Shown one piece after another: positions 59,046 through 64,000 of a DNA stretch of 64,000 bases (position 1 is the first letter of the stretch; each line of letters starts with the position of its first letter). The DNA is from Sulfurimonas sp. (GTDB lineage: Bacteria; Campylobacterota; Campylobacteria; Campylobacterales; Sulfurimonadaceae). The stretch spans positions 58,469-122,468 of the forward strand of contig NZ_JAVEUF010000005.1 in assembly GCF_034005705.1 (NCBI RefSeq), given 5' to 3'. The notes under the pieces are model-generated. The model was not told where the DNA came from. It saw only the letters and a program-made list of their open reading frames with translations, and did no database searches. The position numbers and the translations under genes are program-made.

Positions 59046-60386
59046 TTACTGATTAGTATTCATACTTTCAAGGAACTCTTCGTTCGTAGCTTTTTTGCCC
59101 ATAGTAGAGTAGACAAACTTGAGCGCTTCGATCTCGTTTTCCTGTTTGTGGATCATCTGACGAAGGATAAAGACTTTTTGCAGAACCTCAGGACCGATAA
59201 GAAGCTCATCTTTTCTTGTTCCTGATTTTAGAATATCTATCGCAGGGAATATTCTTCTCTCAGCGATCTTTCTATCAAGTACGACCTCAGAGTTTCCTGT
59301 TCCTTTGAACTCTTCAAAGATGACCTCGTCCATTCTGCTTCCGGTATCTACAAGAGCGGTCGCGATAATTGTCAAACTTCCGCCGTTTTCTATGTTTCTT
59401 GCAGCTCCAAAGAATCTTTTTGGCTTATGAAGTGCATTTGCGTCAACACCGCCTGAGAGAACCTTTCCGCTTGAAGGTGTGACAGTATTGTAAGCACGTG
59501 CCAGACGGGTAATAGAATCTAGCAGGATAACTACATTACGACCAAGCTCTACGCGTCTTTTTGCCTTCTCTATGACCATCTCGGCAACTTTTACATGGTT
59601 TTTTGCAGGCATATCAAATGTAGAGCTGTAAACCTCGCCCTTTACGCTTCTCTCCATATCCGTTACCTCTTCAGGTCTCTCATCGACAAGCAGAACCATC
59701 AGGTCTATCTCTGGATGGTTGTGGGTGATACCGTGGGCGATCTCTTTTAAAAGTTCTGTTTTACCGCTTCTTGGAGGTGCGACGATAAGACCGCGCTGAC
59801 CTTTTCCTATAGGAGCGAAAAGATCCATCATACGGCCTGTTAAGCCTTTTTCTCTATATTCAAGTTTTATCTGATCTGTTGCATAAAGCGGAGTGAGGTT
59901 TTCAAAGAGAGGTCTTTTTTTACTCTCTTCAGGCGGAAGACCGTTTACGGCCTCTATTTTAATAAGTGCATAGTATCTCTCTTGGTCTTTTGGAGGGCGA
60001 ACCTGACCCGTTACGACGTCACCGTTACGAAGAGCAAAACGGCGTATCTGAGTGTTGGAGACGTATGCGTCGTTTATACTCTCGTCAAAACTTTTGTCAA
60101 TTGAGCGTATAAAACCGTAGCCATCCTGCATGATCTCCAAGATACCGCTAAAGAGGATAAACCCTCCCTGCTCGGTCTGAGCTTTTAGTATCTCAAAGAT
60201 GAGATCCTGTCTCTTTAGCTCGTTTGGGTTGTCGATGTTTAGCTCAACAGCCATTGCCGTTAGTTCATCTATGCCTTTTACGCGCAGATCTTCAACGCTT
60301 AGACCTTTTGCGGGATTGTGTGTTCTTGTCTTTGAGTTGTTGTTAGTTTTGTTTTTGCGGGGTTGTTGTGGAGTGTTCTCACTCAT
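59046..60386 (-). CDS. rho: Transcription termination factor Rho
   Basis: [38 protein letters not shown]. Confidence 0.99.
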   Translation of the reverse strand: MSENTPQQPRKNKTNNNSKTRTHNPAKGLSVEDLRVKGIDELTAMAVELNIDNPNELKRQDLIFEILKAQTEQGGFILFSGILEIMQDGYGFIRSIDKSFDESINDAYVSNTQIRRFALRNGDVVTGQVRPPKDQERYYALIKIEAVNGLPPEESKKRPLFENLTPLYATDQIKLEYREKGLTGRMMDLFAPIGKGQRGLIVAPPRSGKTELLKEIAHGITHNHPEIDLMVLLVDERPEEVTDMERSVKGEVYSSTFDMPAKNHVKVAEMVIEKAKRRVELGRNVVILLDSITRLARAYNTVTPSSGKVLSGGVDANALHKPKRFFGAARNIENGGSLTIIATALVDTGSRMDEVIFEEFKGTGNSEVVLDRKIAERRIFPAIDILKSGTRKDELLIGPEVLQKVFILRQMIHKQENEIEALKFVYSTMGKKATNEEFLESMNTNQ

Positions 60387-60473
60387 CGGATAGCTGCCTT
60401 AATGTTTTTAGATTTTGCCCTGTGGATATTAAACTGCATGCTGCATAGGGAAAGAGTAATTTTTATTGCCACA

Positions 60474-60503
60474 ATTTTACACTAATAGAAGTTATAAAGT
60501 CAA
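60474..60503 (-). promoter_or_regulatory. Putative sigma70 promoter for rho
   Basis: TTGACT-N18-TAAAAT on the minus strand, about 90 nt upstream of the ATG. Confidence 0.55.
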
Positions 60504-60513
60504 GTAGTAAGTA

Positions 60514-60770
60514 AGAGACCATAAATAAGCTCATAAGCTAACAACATTTAAAAGGTTTAGGTTCAAGGCGAACTTTGTTTGGCGATACTAGTATCGTTAA
60601 ATGAAGTTCAACGCAAAAGATGAATCTTTTAAATGTTGCCCTTTGGGTAAAAAGATAAGCTACAACCTACTTCGTTAAAAACCCTTGAAACTACTGGTAG
60701 CTCCTGCGGATTTTTGCCTTGTATCTTATAGCTTCTTTTTTTATTAGCTATGAAATTATTTATAGTCTCT
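60514..60770. mobile_element. 257-bp non-autonomous cruciform MITE-like element
   Basis: Terminal inverted repeats AGAGACYATAAATAA..TCATA(A)GCTAA, flanked by TA on both sides; two long internal hairpins; no ORF. Confidence 0.75.
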
Positions 60771-60779
60771 TACTTATCA

Positions 60780-61916
60780 TCAAGACACTCTGTTTTTAAG
60801 GGATGAGACCGCATCCGTGAGCAGTGTGATATTTGACTTTGCGCTCCCGAGCGTCTCATGCGTCGTATCTGCAAGTTTACGAACTTCATCCGCAACTACG
60901 GCAAATCCGCGTCCATGCTCTCCAGCGCGTGCCGCTTCTATGGCGGCATTTAGTGCAAGCATGTTCGTCTTGTCCGCGATGTCGGATATTTTATCCAGTA
61001 TGGCGAATATCTCCTGACTCTGCTGTTGCAGCGATGAGAGCTTCTTTTCAAGCTCTATGTCATCTTTTTTGGGCTCTTTCTCTTCTTGAGTATGTTTTAG
61101 AACAAGAGATGATAGCTTCTCCTCCGCCTCTTTTATCTTACTCTTTAGCGCATCACTCTCAAGTTTGTAGTTGTTTTCAAGCCCTAATAAGCTCTCTTTT
61201 AGCTCACGGTTTTTCTCCAGAAGCGCTCTGTTCTCACTCAGCAGACACTCTTTTTCTAAAGTGCTCTCTTTCTCTTTTTGATTAAGAGATTCTACTTCTC
61301 TTTTTAGTTTTTTAATATCATCAAAAAAAGACTCTTTCTCATCTTCTGCTCTTTGAAGCAGGTTTTTTTGAGATTCACTTTCTCTTTTTTTTATATAGTA
61401 CGCCCTAACAAGGTAGTAGCCAAGCAAAAGAGCTGTTAAAAAAGATAGAGCTGCGGCAATGATCAAAGGAGTTTGATTTTGCTCTGCTTCTTTGTAAACT
61501 ATCTTTTCTTTAAAGACCACTCTCTCTTTTACATCTTCATTCGGGCTTTTTTTTGCCTGAGCTTCTATAAGAGAGAGTCCGCTTTGGCTCATCTTGGAGT
61601 AGAGCTCTCTTAGCATCTCTATCTCTTTGGGAGCTACTCTATCGTTTTGCTCATGAAGTTTTGCAAATGTCTTTAGCGTCTCCTCTTGTAGTTGCTGAAG
61701 GCTCTTTGCCTTGCTCTCATCAAGAGATAGCGCTGTGGTTATCTTCTCATGCGTTGAGAGTACAAGGTAGTACAGAAGTAGCTTCTCTTCGGTAGTTAGG
61801 TTTACAGAGAGTCTGTCTATCTCACTGTTTAGTTGATTATAGCTGTTCTCGATATCCAGTATCTGGGATGCAAAAATAGACAGAGATAAAAGTATTGATA
61901 ATAGTAGTAATTTCAT
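60780..61916 (-). CDS. Methyl-accepting chemotaxis-like protein with short signalling domain
   Basis: [37 protein letters not shown]; signal/TM at N-terminus and one further TM; start reassigned to ATG 61916. Confidence 0.85.
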   Translation of the reverse strand: MKLLLLSILLSLSIFASQILDIENSYNQLNSEIDRLSVNLTTEEKLLLYYLVLSTHEKITTALSLDESKAKSLQQLQEETLKTFAKLHEQNDRVAPKEIEMLRELYSKMSQSGLSLIEAQAKKSPNEDVKERVVFKEKIVYKEAEQNQTPLIIAAALSFLTALLLGYYLVRAYYIKKRESESQKNLLQRAEDEKESFFDDIKKLKREVESLNQKEKESTLEKECLLSENRALLEKNRELKESLLGLENNYKLESDALKSKIKEAEEKLSSLVLKHTQEEKEPKKDDIELEKKLSSLQQQSQEIFAILDKISDIADKTNMLALNAAIEAARAGEHGRGFAVVADEVRKLADTTHETLGSAKSNITLLTDAVSSLKNRVS

Positions 61917-61987
61917 CTCTTTTTCATAGCATTTTTTATGCCACAAGCATAATTAAAAAATTTGAACTTTAATGATAGAATAACGTC

Positions 61988-62785
61988 ATGAAAAAAAGAT
62001 ACAGAATATTAGTAACAAATGATGACGGATATGAGGCAAAAGGACTTTTGAGCTTGGTAGAGGCTCTTAGAGAGATAGAGGATGTCGAGGTTACTGTAGT
62101 TGCACCTGCAAGCGAGAAGTCTGCATGCGGGCACTCTCTTACCATTATACGTCCTCTTCGTTTTGTAGGCGTTGAAGACAACTTCTTTAAGCTCGATGAC
62201 GGAACTCCTAGTGACTGCGTATATCTTGCGCTCAGTACAATGTTCGTTGATGCCAAACCTGATCTGCTTATCAGCGGGATAAACCGCGGCTCGAACATGG
62301 GTGAGGATATTACCTACTCCGGAACGGCTGCAGGGGCTATGGAGGGTGTTTTACATGACATACCATCTATAGCCATATCTCAGGTGATGGACTTTACCGA
62401 TCCGGGCGGCGATTTTACTCTGGCTCAAGAGACGATAAAAAAGCTTGTCATAAAGATAAAAGAGGGCTCTTTTCCGCTTCCAGAGAGAGAGTTTTTAAAT
62501 GTTAACATCCCTCCAAACATTGATATTGAGAACCCGAAGATGCTTATCACCTACGCTGGCTACAGACTGTACGCGAACGACTCACATCTGCATAGAAACC
62601 CAAGGGGTGAGGAGTACTACTGGCTTGGGACACATCCGCTCAACTTCTCTGCGCGTAAAGGAAAAGATGGCGTAAGCGATTATGAGGCTATAAAATCGGG
62701 AAATATATCCATAACGCCGATTCAGCTTGATATGAGCGCTTATAAAAGCATAGATAGACTCAAAGAGTGGATAGAGCAGAAGTGA
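61988..62785 (+). CDS. surE: 5'/3'-nucleotidase SurE
   Basis: ILVTNDDG, GTPSDCV, SGINRGSN, YSGT. Confidence 0.97.
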   Translation: MKKRYRILVTNDDGYEAKGLLSLVEALREIEDVEVTVVAPASEKSACGHSLTIIRPLRFVGVEDNFFKLDDGTPSDCVYLALSTMFVDAKPDLLISGINRGSNMGEDITYSGTAAGAMEGVLHDIPSIAISQVMDFTDPGGDFTLAQETIKKLVIKIKEGSFPLPEREFLNVNIPPNIDIENPKMLITYAGYRLYANDSHLHRNPRGEEYYWLGTHPLNFSARKGKDGVSDYEAIKSGNISITPIQLDMSAYKSIDRLKEWIEQK

Positions 62786-63420
62786 GACATGAGCGAATAA
62801 AGAGTCTTTTTGGCGATGACTTTTCAAAACTTCAAAATGCAAAAGTCCTGCTTCTTGGAGTCGGAGGGGTAGGCGGGCACTGCCTTGACTGCCTCAGCAG
62901 AAGCGGTGTGGAGCATATTACGATAGTAGATTTTGACACCTATGACAAAAGCAACCAAAACCGTCAAATGTGGTCGGAACTTCATGAGGGAGAGGTCAAG
63001 GTAGAGGCGCTCAAAAAACACTATCCGCACATAGAGACCATAAACGCAAAGATAGATGAGCAGTGGGTCTGGGATTTTGACTTTGAGCCTTATGACATAG
63101 TGCTCGATGCCATAGACGACACAAAAGCAAAGCTCGCTCTTGCGCAGAAGTGTTACAAAAAACTCATCTCATCATTCGGCTCTGCTAAAAGGGTCGATCC
63201 TACTAAAGTGCACGTAGACGATATCTGGAAGAGCCACGGTGACCGCTTTGGCTCAAAAATCCGCTATGAACTAAAAAAACGCGGTTTTAAGAAAAAATAT
63301 AGAGTAATATTTAGCACAGAGCATGCTAAGGTTAAAGAGAAGGGGAGCTTTAGCGCCGTAACAGGAACTTTTGGGCTTGTCATGTGTGCCGAGGCCGTTA
63401 AGAAAATAGTATCAAAATAG
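62782..63420 (+). CDS. tcdA: ThiF-family tRNA threonylcarbamoyladenosine dehydratase
   Basis: LGVGGVG, DFD....SN.NRQ, DAID, GS...VTGTFG; GTG start overlapping the surE stop. Confidence 0.82.
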   Translation: MRHERIKSLFGDDFSKLQNAKVLLLGVGGVGGHCLDCLSRSGVEHITIVDFDTYDKSNQNRQMWSELHEGEVKVEALKKHYPHIETINAKIDEQWVWDFDFEPYDIVLDAIDDTKAKLALAQKCYKKLISSFGSAKRVDPTKVHVDDIWKSHGDRFGSKIRYELKKRGFKKKYRVIFSTEHAKVKEKGSFSAVTGTFGLVMCAEAVKKIVSK

Positions 63421-63433
63421 AGGAGTATCTGAA

Positions 63434-63685
63434 ATGATTGATGGATTTGATCTGAATGATCCGCTTGTATGCGAAGGTATAGTAGGCGACGGTTGCGGCG
63501 GAGGAAGAATCTTTTTCATAAAAAATGAAACGCTCTATGCTCATGACCCGCTCTCAAAAGAGGACACAGAGCTGCTCAAAAATATAAAAAAAGCCCAAAA
63601 AATCAGCAAAAGAGGCTGTATTATAACGATAGAGTGCCAAGAGCAAAAGATAGAATTTGACCTATCAAAAGTAAAGCCTCGCTAA
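63434..63685 (+). CDS. Hypothetical protein
   Basis: GAGGAG RBS; CEGIVGDGCGGGR motif; function not recognised. Confidence 0.65.
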   Translation: MIDGFDLNDPLVCEGIVGDGCGGGRIFFIKNETLYAHDPLSKEDTELLKNIKKAQKISKRGCIITIECQEQKIEFDLSKVKPR

Positions 63686-63736
63686 AAAAGTCTGGTATAA
63701 TAAGTAAAAAATTTATGGTTGCAGGGTGACGTATTT

Positions 63737-64000
63737 ATGGAAAAAATTGAGCCGATGACACTGTTTGGGTATAACAAGCTCCAAGCAGAAGTGAAAGATA
63801 TAAAAAACGTAAAAAGACCCTCCGTGGTCAAGGCGATAGAAGAGGCGCTTGAACATGGGGATCTTAAGGAAAATGCCGAGTATCACGCGGCAAAAGAGCA
63901 GCAAAAGCAGATAGACAATCGTTTACAAGAGCTCGCAGACTTGATCAGCAGTGCAAAGATCGTAGATCCAAAAGATCTTGAACACTCAAAAGTAAGTTTC
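63737..64000 (+). CDS. greA: Transcription elongation factor GreA, N-terminal part (truncated by window edge)
   Basis: MEKIEPMT..GY.KL...HGDLKENAEYHAAKE; upstream TGGTATAAT at 63693-63701. Confidence 0.96.
   Translation, partial: MEKIEPMTLFGYNKLQAEVKDIKNVKRPSVVKAIEEALEHGDLKENAEYHAAKEQQKQIDNRLQELADLISSAKIVDPKDLEHSKVSF

Noticed and set aside
1-64000. tRNA, rRNA, CRISPR arrays, prophage or defence genes
   Set aside because: None recognised; intergenic gaps are short and accounted for

Overview
Chromosomal window of a Campylobacterota bacterium, most likely Sulfurimonas-like (inferred from gene content and order). Both flanks are ordinary housekeeping DNA: fabF'-accA, dnaQ-like/trpF/rpe, rpmB, argJ on the left; ppk1, lnt, yajC-secDF, leuS-lptE, folC, M23/bactofilin, mfd, phoBR-like, dnaX, murI, rho, surE, tcdA, greA' on the right. 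Between them lie two accessory blocks. (1) 8.2-12.4 kb: an SDR, an atypical three-CXXCH cytochrome c peroxidase-family protein, a membrane cytochrome b-like/pentaheme c fusion and a thioredoxin. (2) 12.5-33.5 kb: a ~21-kb minus-strand island headed by modE, with four ModE-type operator palindromes. It encodes three TonB-dependent receptors (plus the remnant of a fourth), TonB-ExbBD, three binding proteins with one FecCD-type ABC transporter, ModD, a di-TOBE protein, a TauE exporter, and unexplained enzymes (two SAM methyltransferases, a luciferase-like monooxygenase, a stand-alone TiaS-like DDTD protein and a Cys-rich partner). This island is the best candidate for an undescribed system: Mo/W-starvation-induced uptake and processing of a chelated metal or cofactor. 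It shows cassette turnover (a 120-bp direct repeat flanking a receptor+SBP pair, an in-frame deleted receptor) and a structured 5' leader. A 257-bp cruciform MITE-like element upstream of rho and two REP-like hairpin elements are also present. All calls are by eye; no database searches were run.
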